From assembly GCA_009103225.1 (NCBI GenBank), contig RHPI01002823.1, positions 617,229 to 681,228 on the forward strand: 64,000 bases of DNA, in the 5' to 3' direction. The notes under the pieces are model-generated. The model worked only from the letters and a program-made list of their open reading frames with translations, did not search any database and had not been told where the DNA came from. The stretch is from Chlorokybus atmophyticus. Lineage: Eukaryota > Plantae > Mesostigma and Chlorokybus algae. Of the stretch, positions 38,609-51,400 are shown piece after piece; position 1 is the first letter of the stretch; every line of letters starts with the position of its first letter. Made by a program: the position numbers and the translations under genes.

Positions 38609-39649
38609 GCCATACAGCTATTAAGCAGAGTGTCCAGCTGTGGACGGCAAGAATTACATTTAAATTTACAGACAAAATACCTAAGGTTGGGGTGGACTAT
38701 TTGCTCGAGCATGTGGTGGGTGGGTTACGATAAGTGCAGCAGCCACATCTGTGGCTGACAGGTGCTGGGTGTCCCATGTTACGGGTAAGGCTTGGTTAGG
38801 CGCCCACATCTGTGCTACTTTGGAGGAGCTGCAGTGTAGGGGCATGAAGGCCTGGTGCAGCGGAAGGTGGATGTGCTCTGGTTGGGAGGGGAGCAGGTGC
38901 GGCTGGTGAGACCACTTGTGCATGCAGCAAGCGGGGCTATATAGAAGCAGAATAATGGCTCACATTGTGGAATACGACGAACGTAAGCAAATGCATGTGC
39001 CAATGAATTGTTACAAAAGCATAATTATAAAAGCCAGCCACTTACCTCAATAAGGGCTAACAAGATGGTATGAGCAGCACTCTCCCCGCCACCCTCAACA
39101 ATAGTCTCCTCGCGGAGCTCGTGAGCCATAGGCACAGGATGCGCCATTGCCCCAATGGACATGGCGGGGTTAAGCAGGCCACAGCTCATGCGAAATTAAT
39201 GTTGGTATACCGCAGCGCCCATCATCAAGTGTAATTAAAGGACCAGTTGATGGGATTGCATCCATGCTTGTATGGGACCTCCAACAGGGCCTAGTGCACT
39301 GTGGTGCTGTTAACCAACAAGATGTGCATTAGATGCATGCTTTGGGATATTGCAACAACAACAACAATCAACATGGTCACATCGTCATTAGTGAATTGCT
39401 TCAAACAGTCACCTGCGGCATTGCTGGTGGATGCACGAATGGTTGAATGCTGGACACATTGCCACACGATGGTGTGCTCATACTCAGCCTACTTCATTCG
39501 GCACGCGACGTCGCAAGCTCACGTACATCCTATTATGCAGAGTTAGGCATGCATTGGAGGTGCATGCAATCAACATTCATGTAAAAATTGGCAACAACAT
39601 ATCGCCGTCCAGCGCTGTCTATGTGCTCTGGCTTTCGCAATGTTGACTT

Positions 39650-40190
39650 GAGTGTAGGGTGTGAATGGTGGAGGCCTGCAGCCAGGCTACATGTATCACA
39701 TTTGCTGCGCCCCAAAACAAACTGCAATGTGTAAAGGAATGCATGTGCATGTTGAGCGTACGCTTGCATTCCTTCGTGCGTGTTCCCACATTCGCAATTG
39801 ATCTCGCATGGTTCTCACAAGGGGCTCCAAAGACTGCAGCTTTTGGTCCACTGTTTAATGCAGAAAAGCGAGCCACCAAGCAGCTCTCTATGTGAAGATG
39901 GTCTTTTATGGCTTGCCTACTGGTTTGTCCAATGTTGGTGATGCATGTTGGACATCCCCATTGCTGTCGCCTACCCTACTCCATGCCGTGGCGCCCGGTA
40001 TTTTTGCTTGCTTGATGCAGTGGTTGAACTCTAACGACCAATACTTCTCGCAAGCTGTGCCACGCCACCACCGCCGCCGCCTCCTCGAACTCCGCCGCCT
40101 AGTCGAACCCAGGTCCACCATGCCTAACATTCGCCCCGTCATCGACCTAACGCCCTTGCGTGCTATAATCCAGCCATCAATGCAGCTGTT
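39650..40190 (-). pseudogene. Exon remnant with a C2HC/C2H2-like zinc finger
   Basis: After a cag acceptor the frame reads ...AAEFEEAAAVVAWHSLREVLVVRV...WGCPTCITNIGQTSRQAIKDHLHIESC, with isolated TAG/TGA stops. Confidence 0.45.
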
Positions 40191-40916
40191 TGGGTGAGTG
40201 CACACTAACTCCCATTGCGGTTGGTCGGTTGGGAGCGATGTTGATTGAATCATGCATGGTACGACATAGCCATTATACGCCAATAATTGGGGTTGGACGA
40301 GAGTTGCCTCTATTGTACCATCAGTAATACAACACAGCCATTGTTACCGCTAGTTGTACGAAGCATTGATGGTACAAATGCATAAGTCGTACCATCAACA
40401 GTCGGCGCTAAGAACGCACTACGCGTGCGACTCTCGTGCGGGGCACTTGACGTTTCTAACCGCCTAAATTTTATCTCCGCGCCTCATACTTTTGAGCGGG
40501 CCAACTGGCGGCGGCAGCGCTATCATCAGCTATACAGGCGGCACCGAACTATCAATTAGAGAGAAGCCTCGTGGTCCATATGTAGGTGGACCTCGTTGTG
40601 GAGGTTGGCGCCCCAAACTTACATTGCCCCCCGTGTTCAATTAAGCAACCATCGCCAACCAGCAGCAGCCAATCTCAGCCGACTATTGGCAATCGCAGCA
40701 AGACCCCGCGCTAACACCCAGCCCATCACAACAACTACACCTAACACCGCAATCTCAAAGGCAACTTATAATGTACGCGTTCTTGATGCACATTGTTTCT
40801 TGCTCAATTGCTAACTTTAATGCTTGCTGCTTTTACAACTGGCCAAGTGACTCACTGCATGCGCTTTGGATACACTGAGCACATTGCTGTTAGCTCAATT
40901 GTGAGGATTGCATCTT

Positions 40917-42400
40917 TTATGGCTGGCACAGTGACTCGCATGGTTGTGCTTGCAGAGGGTCAATAAAAACCCCGGACCCAAACGCGTTTGGCAACGACGT
41001 AGCAACCTCGACCGTCAGCACCTCTTCAACTCCCAAAGCAAGTAGAAGATTGGCAACGATGCAAGCACTGTGTGACACTGTAGTAATGTGTAACGGATTG
41101 TGTGGATAGCATTTGCGAGATGCCATTGCTGCAATCATAAACGGCCATTGGGTAGAGAGCCACGTTTTCCCCAAGGACGACGCTATTCGTGATGTCATGA
41201 GTCAGGGGCTGTGAATGCTTCATAACCTCACTGCATCGTGACACTGACCAACCTACCCTTGCCGGGTAGTTCGCTTTGACCATGACGACGAGGCCGATGC
41301 GGCCAAGTTCCATGAGGTGTATTGAACGCTCAAGGCGTGCTCCTTCCACTGCAATATTGCCTTGAAGAAAGCTTCGCACGTCCGGTCCAAGAACGTCACC
41401 AAGATCAAGCATGTCCTTGAAAAGCATTCCGGTGGACACTGGTACTGTTTAGAACACCAACAAGCGCAAGTGAGTTGGGTCCCTCACCACCATGTATGCT
41501 ATGCAACACCGCCTTCTTACTTAGCCTCCATACACACGTACGCATCTCGCCTATTGTAATAGAATCAATCAGGCACATCGACGCCCCTATGAACCCCGAG
41601 ATCCAAAAGCTCAGATGCGTGACGCGCTTTAAAGTAAGTCACGGGCACTATTTTGGCTTAGCGTAGGCTTAACTTGAACTATGTATATTGTGACCAATGC
41701 CTTGTTGGTATGACGCAGACAAGCCATGGCGCAAATCTATAATGACCGACAATGCAGACCCGGAGCGTAGAAGATACATCAATGAATGTGGCGATCCCAT
41801 CATCTAGCAATGATCGTGCAATGCTGGTCCTACGCCGTCACTACATCTGGTTGCCAGCAATTGACACTCAACCACCTCGCATACCTGTTGCTTACGGTGC
41901 GCACTTTGAACTTAATCACTAGCATTTTCGAAAGGCTGTAACCCCAAACTTTGGGCTTGCAGACGTGCTGCAGTGAATTGCGGTTTTCAATGCCATCAAA
42001 GCATGCCTGTAAACCACGTAGGTGGACACATGTTAAGGGGCAAGGATGGAGACCTTCTGCTAGGTGTTAGCATCGACGCACATGAAAAGTACCTCTGCAA
42101 AATCAACACCATGATTTTATTGATGAAGCGGGATATGAGGCAACGGTAGCCCTTCAGCCATTCACCCTTGTGAAACGCCGCACTGCATCTTGTGTCAAAT
42201 ACCTATAAGATCCCAATCGGTGCCGGCCACACGAGACAACAGCTCGTGACCTGCTTGCAGAGGCAGAAGCGGCAATCGTGTGGCTGATGCTACCGTTTGA
42301 GGAGGAGGAAGCACCGGTAGAAATGGCCCCCCAACAGTTCGGCCTTGCCCACAAATTGATTGAAAAGCTAGCTATAACTTACTTAGGGATCCATATGCAA
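40917..42400 (-). pseudogene. Further decayed coding remnants of unknown family
   Basis: Protein-like frames such as MLDLGDVLGPDVRSFLQGNIAVEGARLERSIHLMELGRIGLVVMVK and PIGIL*VFDTRCSAAFHKGEWLKGY. Confidence 0.35.
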
Positions 42401-44984
42401 GCAACATATCCATTTTTGCACTTTTTGCGGCTGCAGCCACAACTTAGTTTGGTATCGAGCTGCCATTCAGGTCAACTAGCTGGTGTGAATTAAGTTTGAT
42501 ACCCGTCTTTTTTTGAACTTAATAATAGCCACATCCTAAATTAATTTTTGATAGATCGTGTATTAAGGAGATTAATCTTAATGCGTGATCTAAAACATTA
42601 TGGCCGCAGTTTGCGGCGAAAAAACTAAAAGAGCCACAAAATACGAGACTTTGTCGCTCCAGTCGCTCGAGTTTCAAACCTGCGCGGCAGCATCTGTTGT
42701 GTTACCAAGCAACATCACATGACCTAACAACGGACCAGCTAGACTACGACGACACGAGACACCTGTTACGCGGGTGTAAAGCATCTAGGCTATATCGGCT
42801 GCCTCAAATTGTCTCACGTGCCGCAATGCATGCATCACGCATGCACCAACAGCTGCATACAACGGCACTACCAGTATATGTATATATACATATACATATA
42901 TATACATATACATATGTAGTCATACATATAAATATATTTGGTATATGCATATATATATACTGCGGTATTTATTTACTTATTTATATATATACCACTTGTA
43001 TCAATAAGATAAAGGTGAAGGTGGATTTTACCACTATAAAGGTGACTTGGGGAGGGAGACTTTGTTCGACTTGCCGTTTTATCCAATCACAGCGCGAGAT
43101 TACCGGCAAATGTTTGCATTATGCGCTCTGCGTCACCTGTTGGCGCAAGGTTGGTTGCGAAGTTCTGGTCAAGTCTTTACATGTGTACCTCATGTGCTAC
43201 CACGGTTTACCAATGATTATACATGCAAGTCGCAGCCTTCTACTCGCTTGCCCCGCGGCCTGCTACTAGCAGGCCGCAGGGCAAGCCATGAATAGGCCGC
43301 GGGGTTGAACCGGCAATTTGGCAATAATGAGATCGTAAAATTATTATGGTTTGTATCAATGGAAGGATCGATCCTAGCGTTCCGAAATTGTTAAGTATGA
43401 AGTCTCGTATCGTTGATGGAACCGGTCACAATTTTAATGATGATGTGTACAGCTTTAGCATGCAACCTGATTGCAATCTAATGTTATAGTCGAGTCCTCA
43501 ATTGCGTTAAGGAGTAAAGACGCATTGTTAATGGATTGGTCACAACTGTAGTTGCGACTTACACAAGTCTTTCTCACGGCATGAACCCTTAATTACGTAT
43601 ACACCGAGTCCTTAACATTGTTGGGGATCCGGTACTTACGATCGTCACCTGCGGATTGCCGTTTGTGACAGGTTGCAATACAATTCCGGCTGCAGCTACA
43701 ACATATTTTCGGATCCATCATAAATTTTGTGAAATCCGCAATAGTGTCCGGCTTTGTAACGATGCTCGTGCTGACTGAACACCTCACCAGAGCTACCAGC
43801 CTGGTGAACGAGTTAGGATGCAACTGAGCACACTAATGGCGCTATCACACATGCACCTACTCGCAATCAATCAACAACAGTATTCGCACCGTGGGGTTGA
43901 ACACCTTGAGGGCAATGTAGGCGCCTCAAAGCTTGTGGGGGCAGTTCGGTCCGTGCAAGAGCTGTAGCAAAAGCACACCCATGCGCACACACGCACCGTG
44001 GATGCAAACTACGCAAGCACGCACACACCGTCCACAACAAGGGCAATAACTTAATTTCCACTCGGTCCAACCTCCTTAATAGCAGTATACTAGCTACTTA
44101 TATGCCTAAGAGGCTACACTATGATTGTAGAAGTCAACTATGTTGACTCCACCGCGAACACATGCTCAAAAACACGTGAATTAGCTGTTTGAACTGCGTC
44201 GGCGCATAGAAACTGTCAACGGTGGTCAAATGTCAGCGCATAACGCTCGCGTGACCTTTTCAACGTGCGCCCTCGATGTAGGAATAACCCGGCGACTCGG
44301 GACTTTATATAAACATAACGCGTCAGGCCTGTTAAACAGGGCTGTTTTGGGGTAAAAGGGCTAGAAACGTAGCTTAAAAGCAAGTGTAACACCAACTTTG
44401 TTACAGGCTTTGTCCATTACAAAGTTGCGGACCTAACCTGATTTGCCAAAACCCATTTCTACCGGTGAAGAGCAAGCTCCGGCGTCTCCTGTACGTTCCC
44501 TAGCGCGTGCTTTGTTCTATGATGACGGACAGCAATCGAGAGGAGTAGCGAAGTTGGTAGTCCAGATTGGTAGTTCAGATCTACTTAGCTGGGAGTGTGC
44601 AAAGCTGCAATGCTCGTATCACTTGGTGTTGTGTATTTCAAACCAGCTCAGTTAATCGTTATTATGCTCATGCATGTAACAGCTACATTTTTACGTAATA
44701 CAACAGCACTGCGGGCAAAGCAAGCCAAACAACAGAATTGTAAGGCTTGGCAAGTGACTGAGAGTCACTATACACACCTCAGATACCTGTCCACAACACA
44801 TGCACATAACGATGCTGGCAATCAGTGACAGACGCATATAGTTATGCTAAGCAACGATATATGACGACAGGTAGGCATTAATCACCTTCAGTTGCTTGAA
44901 GAATGCCTTAATTTTACAATAACTATCTAGTTGGTGCCTGTTCATTAAAAACAAGTCACATGCGCTGGACTAATGTGTAAGCTG

Positions 44985-45240
44985 CAAATGCCTGTCAAAT
45001 AGGCTGAGTCACTTGAGTTACACCAATGTGTAACTTGTAGATGCCTGTTAATTGGGTGTAGTCACTTATTGGGGCCTGATCTATAACTGAAAGGTGCCCG
45101 TTAATTAAGTATTGTCACCTGTTAAAGCCTGTTAGGTAAAGGGTAGGTGCCTGTTAATTAGGCATAGTCAACTGTTAGGGCCTGATAGATAACTTATAGA
45201 TGCCTGTTAACTAGGCATAGACGATCGTTACGGCCTGATA
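44985..45240. repeat. ~53-bp degenerate minisatellite, continuing at 52650-52735 beyond the LTR element
   Basis: Units of the form gtgcctgttaattaggcatagtcaactgttagggcctgatag... One unit is split at TGATA by the LTR insertion. Confidence 0.75.
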
Positions 45241-45594
45241 TGTAATGGAGTGCTACCGCTATGCGGTTCCCCGCCGTGAGAAATAAGGGTCCCAACGGGA
45301 TCAACACACCCATTAGAGTCGTATTAGGGCCTTTATAGGCCCCTATAAGATGTTATGTTATGTAACACCAATATCGACTTGAGACTCATGTCTCAACATG
45401 AGTCTCAAGTCGATATCGGCCGCATGGCGGCGCTGCTAATGCAGCGACCGCTACAGTCAGGGGATCTTTCGATCCCCCGGCTGCCAGCGGCGGCGGCGAC
45501 GTTGCTGTGGTGGTAGTGTTGGGGTAGGGCATTAAGGGGGCGGTAGCACCCCCCTTCGTACATTTGGTATCGGAGCTAAGGCGTGGGGGCCTGG

Positions 45595-46130
45595 TGTCAC
45601 AGCCCACTCGACCACAAAAGACTTGGTGCTTTTATGGTCGATTTGTGGTAATTTAATGTACCTTCCCGTTACATTCCCCCCCACTTAAGAACGCTGACGT
45701 CCTCGGCAGCTGGCGCTCTCATCAGCTGGGGAATTTTCTTCCCAGGGGTCTGATTTAGGGTCGGTCACCGGCCCCACCATTCAAGGACCGCCCAATTTAG
45801 GCCCATACCGGTCAGCGCGCGCATAGCGCGCCGCTGCCGGCCCCACAGGTCGCGTCGCCGCGATAGGCAGGTCGCGCCCTGCCGCGCCGACTGAACTGGT
45901 CAGTTCGGCGCGACTGCCATTAGGCAAGTCGCGACCCATCGATGATGGCACTCATAAAGTGACCATTTACGATTATTGGATCGAGAAACAACGACCGCGG
46001 AATTCGTGTGCAAGGCAGGAATCGTACCCGGGTCTCAAGCTCCAATACCAATGTCACAGCCCACTCGACCACAAAAGACTTGGTGCTTTTATGGCCGATT
46101 TGTGGTAATTTAATGTACCTTCCCGTTACA
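45595..46130 (-). mobile_element. TRIM (miniature LTR element) nested antisense in the chromovirus 5' UTR
   Basis: 79-bp LTRs at 45595-45673 and 46052-46130 differ at one site. Minus-strand PBS TGGTATTGGAGC (46039-46050) and PPT GGGGGGGAA (45674-45682). Flanks CCTGG and CATGG form a near-TSD. No ORF. Confidence 0.88.
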
Positions 46131-47019
46131 CATGGGGGGGCGGCGACGGCTTTGGCGGCGGCGGGGCGCAGAGGCGGCAGTCGGCGCTGCTCATTGCCGA
46201 CGTCAGACCGGCGGCCTGATAGCGGCGGCAGCGGCGGCAGCTAGCAGCCGCTACCCACTACGGTGAGTAGTGGTAGTTGTTGTTGTTGTACAGTTGTATA
46301 TACAGTTGTATAGTGCTGCTGTTGGTGTAGCCTAGCCTTGCCTTGCCTTGCTTGCTTAGCCTAGTCTAGCTTGCCTTGCCTAGCCTAGCTTGTTAGTGTG
46401 AAGGGGAGGCGGCCACCCAGGCAGCCTCACCTCAAGTAGTGCATCTCAGCACATCACTTGTAATCATCACATTATTACTTGTGAGTGTGCTCGTGGTTGG
46501 GGCTGCCACCACGTGGATTCGTGGTGGTGTAAGGGGGGGTTGTAGTTGTTTACACTTCTCCCACCCCAAGAAAGCCGTCTAATGTCAACTTGGGCTGTTT
46601 TGGCCGCCATTCAGTGCGGTAGGGCCGCCAGATTCATTTTGCGCGATTGATATCAAACCCTCAACTCACAACTTGTCGATATCAGCCTGTAGGGCTGATT
46701 CAACGAGAGTTTGGCACCTTTTGTGTCATGTACACTTGTGAGTTGAGTAGGGTTATACAAACTAAAAATTTTGTTGTTGTAGCTTGTGAATCGTCGCATG
46801 GATTTACGTACGGTTTGTTTACAAGCGAGCGTCTTGTTGAGAGGTGTTGGGCAGTCATTTTACGTGCTGTTTGGCCCAAGTATAGCACTTTGAAATCAAC
46901 GAGAAAGAAACAACAAAACTTGACACTTTTAGAGTGCACAACTCGTGTGCTTGTGCACTCGTGCATTTGTAAACTTCTTGACGGTCTCCTTGGGCAGATA
47001 ACTTACCAAGGAGAGGAAG

Positions 47020-48444
47020 GTGGGATGTATCCCGTTCCTGAGGATTCATTTTATGGAGGAGCCATCAAGTGATGAGGAAGTGAAGCACTCGGAAACGAGT
47101 GGTAGTTACAATGTCAGTGAGGAGGAAGAAGCCAAGTCTAAGAGTGGTGAAGCTACTTCAAAGAAGTCCTTTCATAACAAACAACCTATGGACGCTCAGA
47201 GCACCATCGGGGCGGCTATAGCAAAGTACGCATTAAACCGTGAGGCTCTTCTTGCTGCACACCCCCGGCTTCGCAAAGAAGTGTGGGATGCGTGGGCGCA
47301 GCAAGTTCGTAACGCATATGAGACGGACTTTGCGGCACTCCCGCGCGCAAGCAAGGGAATGGTGATTCGCATGATTGAACACAAGTTGATGCGTAATGTA
47401 CCGCAACTCATGCGCACAGATCCAGCAGTGGCCGCTCTTATGGCCACTTATGACAAACCAGGCCCGTATCCAGGGCAGAGAATGGCTTTCGAGGCTCTCA
47501 CGTTATTGACGGTGAAAAAAGGAGCGTTGCACGGACCTCTTCTGGTACTTGGGGCCTAATCTGCAGAAGAAGTTAGGTCGAGAAGAGCGCTTGACTACAC
47601 GCCTCAATGCTATGCAGTCCGAGTTGGTGGCATTACGCCAACAGGTGGCCGGGGCTACCACAACTGTAGCAGGGACATCAGTTGGCCTACCCGTCACAGC
47701 GCTGAACAAGCCCGAGAAGTTCAAGCCCAATGGGGCTGTGAACATTCATGATAGGGTGGTGAATGTAAATCCCTACTTGGCTGCACTTCAGCGACCAATT
47801 AGTGAGCATACATTTGTTGCTAAGTTGCTCATGCCACCTGACGCTTTGGCCGAAGGGCACGTCAAACAGAGGATGGTGCTCCCAAGACTGTGGAGGCATA
47901 GTTTCAGTTCTTGGTGGAGCGCTACGGTGGCATGGACCCGGCTACTGCTGCTCGCAACAAGTTTACCAAGCTGCGAAAGAATGGTCGGGCGGCTTCAGTG
48001 TACTTGCAGGAGTTTCAGGCACTTATTGGCCGTGTCAACAGTGGGCTCATGCCCATGTACAAGGCTGAACAGTCTGACCTGTACAAGCGCGGCTTGGATG
48101 CGCGCTTGCGCGACCAGTTGCAATACAACACGTCGACGGGGCAACCGTGGGTTCCCGCGGACCTCACAACCTTGTAGAGGTTGAGTGTGTATCTGTTCAA
48201 CAACGATGCTGCGGCTGTGCAGGACAAGCCACAGGTGGTGGCTTCAGTCAAGCCACATGGGGGAGGGGGGAAGCGGTTCCCTCCACCAAGTGCGCATGCG
48301 GCAAAAAAGGCCAAGACCTCATACGCACCTGCCAGTGGTGCTACGCCTATTGCAGCACGCGCCTGCTACGTGTGCCATCAACCACGCCACATTGCGAAGA
48401 ACTGCCCAACCAAGGGAAAGGGCAAGGCCAAGAAGGTTGAATAG
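47020..48444 (+). pseudogene. gag of the chromovirus (frameshifted)
   Basis: Overlapping frames 47020-47559, 47549-~47860, 47911-48177 and 48181-48444; LNKPEKF; MDPATAARNKFTKL; zinc knuckle CYVCHQPRHIAKNC. Confidence 0.85.
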
Positions 48445-51400
48445 AATTACATCGTGACTAATGTACCTTCATCTGGTGGCCAGTTGCTAGTGTTGCATAC
48501 AGCAAACTTGTTTGATAAATTGTCTCGTGTGCATGTAATGATACATGCATGGCAAGCACATGATAAGCTGCCACTTTTTGTTAGTGAAAAAGTGGATGAC
48601 AATGCTTGTGTGCTCGTGCATGTAGAGTTTAACATGCCAACAGAAGTTTTGCGCACATTGTGTAAGTTACAAAATAAACACACGACACTGAGTGTGGTTG
48701 TCATGGTGCCCAAGTATCATGGATCGTGGCTAAAGCATACTCGGGGGGGAACTGTGTTGAAGCAATTCACAAAGCGTGAGACGGGGACAGTGCGGTTGTA
48801 AGCAGTATTGATTAACCCACGCATTAGTCACGGAATCTTGGCTACCTTTCAAGGGCGAGTAGTACCTTTATTGTGGACCTTCACAGGCATGGCACAGGGT
48901 ATTACTAGCTCGTTCTTGGTTGACACCGGGGCAATGCATAACTCCTATTGATCCGTCGAAGATAAATGGGTTATGCGCAATAAGATAGCGTGTAAACCCT
49001 CAGCCTTCTCAACTGCTGGTGCTGGAAGTGCGTTATCAGTAAAGTGAAATGAAGTTGAAAGTTAAGATTGGTAATTATTAAGCCAATTTAACTTTCATCG
49101 TAGTACCCATTGACATAGCTGGTGTTGATGTGGTATTTGGCCAAGAATATCAAGATCAAGTGCATATGACATTAGATACTGCTGCACGGTTGTGCACAGT
49201 AAAGAAGGGGCGTAAGCGCATCACTTTGTCCGTGCAGGGGTCGCATAGCTTGGAATACAAGCAAACAGACCCCGCGTAACTTACGGCGCTTCAAGTTAAG
49301 CGTGCGTTACGTCAAAACACACCTGCTTTTTTAATGCACTTAACGTCGAGTGATGATGTAGTGCCTGGCAATACAAAAGGTGTGGCGGACATCATTGACA
49401 AGTTTTATGATGTGTTTTAAAATGAGTTGCCGGGCTTGCCCGTCGATCACGGTGTCGGGCACACAATACCTTTAATTCCAGATAGTGAGCCTCCATTTTT
49501 ACCTATATATAGGTTGAGCCCTCGTGAGAGGGGGGATATGAAAACACAGACAAAAGAGTTATTGGAAAAGGGATTGATTGAACCAAGTTCTTCACCCTGT
49601 GGCGCACCCATCTTGTTTGTTATGAAAAAGAAAGGGAAGTTGCGCATGTGTGTGGATTACCGAGCTCCAAACAAGATCACGATAAAAGACAGATACCCGT
49701 TGCCAAGGATTAATGATGTGTTTAACAGGTTGTCAGGCAATGCGTACTTGAGTACGCTAGACTTAACAAGTGGCTATCATCAAATCCGGATTCATCCTTT
49801 GGATGTCTATAAGACAGCATTCAAGACACCTACGGGCCATTATCAATACAAAGTGTTACCTTTTGGATTGACTAATGCACCCGCTGTGGTTCAGAAGGAA
49901 ATGAATAAAATTTTCGGTGATATGCTTGGTCAACATGTCATGATATACTTAGACATCATTGCCTTCAGCAAAACAAAGGAGGATCATATACAACACTTCG
50001 AAGCGGTGTTTGCAAGATTGCGCAAACATCGTTTGTTGGCAAATCTCACCAAGTGTGGTTTTTGTAAAACGGAGTTGCCCTTTCTTGGTCACATTGTGAG
50101 TGGTGCGGGTATCAAGCCTGACCCTCGCAAAGTACTGGTTGTGAAAGAGTGGCCCCAACCTTAAAATGTCCATCAACCAAGGTCGTTTCTAGGGTTGGCA
50201 AACTACTTTCGCAAGTTCATGATGGGGTACTCGACAGTTGTCATGCCTTATACCAAACTGTTGCGTAAAGATGCCCCGTTCACTTGGACAACAGCACAAG
50301 AAGTTGCTATGCAAAAGATGAAGTTGGCTTTAACATCGGCGCCAATGTTAGCACTGCCAAATTGGAACAAACACTTCACAGTGGTCAGTGACGCTCCAAC
50401 ACTAGGGTGTGGTGCGGTACTGTTGCAAGATGGCCGACGTTGTGCGTATGAGAGTAGGAAGTTCATTCCTGCAGGGGTGAACTACACTACAACAGAGCAA
50501 GAACTATTGGGTATAGTTCATGCTCTTGAGACATGGAGATGTTACTTAGAGGGTGTTCAGCTCACTGTTGTGACTGATCACAACCCCGTTGGTGTACTTC
50601 TCAACACAAAACTTGTCGAGACGGCAAGCGCGCTGGAATGAGTTTTTGTCCAGGTTCACCTTTTATTGGGTGTATCGGCCGGGCAGAACCAATGTGGCTG
50701 ACCCTTTGAGTTGCTGCCCGTCATTACTGGTGGTGATGCGCGTGCAATTACTTATTTGCGACACGCAACACATTGACTCCCGCTGATGAGTTTGTGCAAA
50801 ATGTTGTACAGGGGTACACTTTGGACCCGTGGTTTTTGATTGCAGACAACTTACAAAAGTTTAACCAACGTGACAATCTGTATTACATGAGCAACAGTTT
50901 GGTGATACCTGACCATGCTGACCTGCATGTAAAATGAATAGCGGATATACACGATCCACCTTACGCTAGGCATTTTGATAGTCGCAAGACCATTGAGGCA
51001 GCTCAACAGTTGTATTGGTGACCATCGTTGCCTGCTGATGTGAAGCGGTATGTGGACACGTGTGACAAATGTCAACGTGACAAACCGTTACTTCAAAAGC
51101 CCGCTGGGCTACTGCTGCCGTTATCAGCTCCTGACAGTAAGTGGGAAAGTGTGAGTATGGACCTTATTACTGAGCTCCCCGAGACATCGTTGGGTCATAC
51201 TGCGGTTGCAGTATTTGTGGATTGTTTGACCAAAAAGGTTCACATTGTTCCTTGCCGTACGGAGATAGGCTCCCGCGATCTGTCGCATCAGTGTTCAAGT
51301 TGCATGACTTGCCTCGCAATATTGTCTCTGATCATGACCTGAGGTTTGTGGCTCATTTTTGGACGTCGCTATGCAACTTCCTGCAGATACAGTAGCACAT

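Noticed and set aside
38690-38750. CGCCTYRN as a RanBP2-type zinc finger
   Set aside because: The second Cys pair and the leading Trp are missing, and the frame is ambiguous.
39892-40197. Plus-strand PTGLSNVGDACW resembling a USP Cys box
   Set aside because: No other USP motifs; the opposite strand gives the more protein-like frame with a splice acceptor and a zinc finger.
41950-42200. Possible TET/JBP dioxygenase, given the known Plavaka association
   Set aside because: No convincing HxD...H...R arrangement could be read.
25838-42400. Frequent in-frame TAA/TAG suggesting TAR=Gln recoding as in some ulvophytes
   Set aside because: Conserved host exons contain no in-frame TAR. The BRO1-like gene ends in TAA. 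One TAG falls on a conserved Trp, and TGA stops and frameshifts co-occur, so this is decay.
47020-47559. Separate accessory ORF upstream of gag
   Set aside because: It joins the next gag frame through a one-base shift at a G run near 47550, so it is better read as the gag N-terminus.
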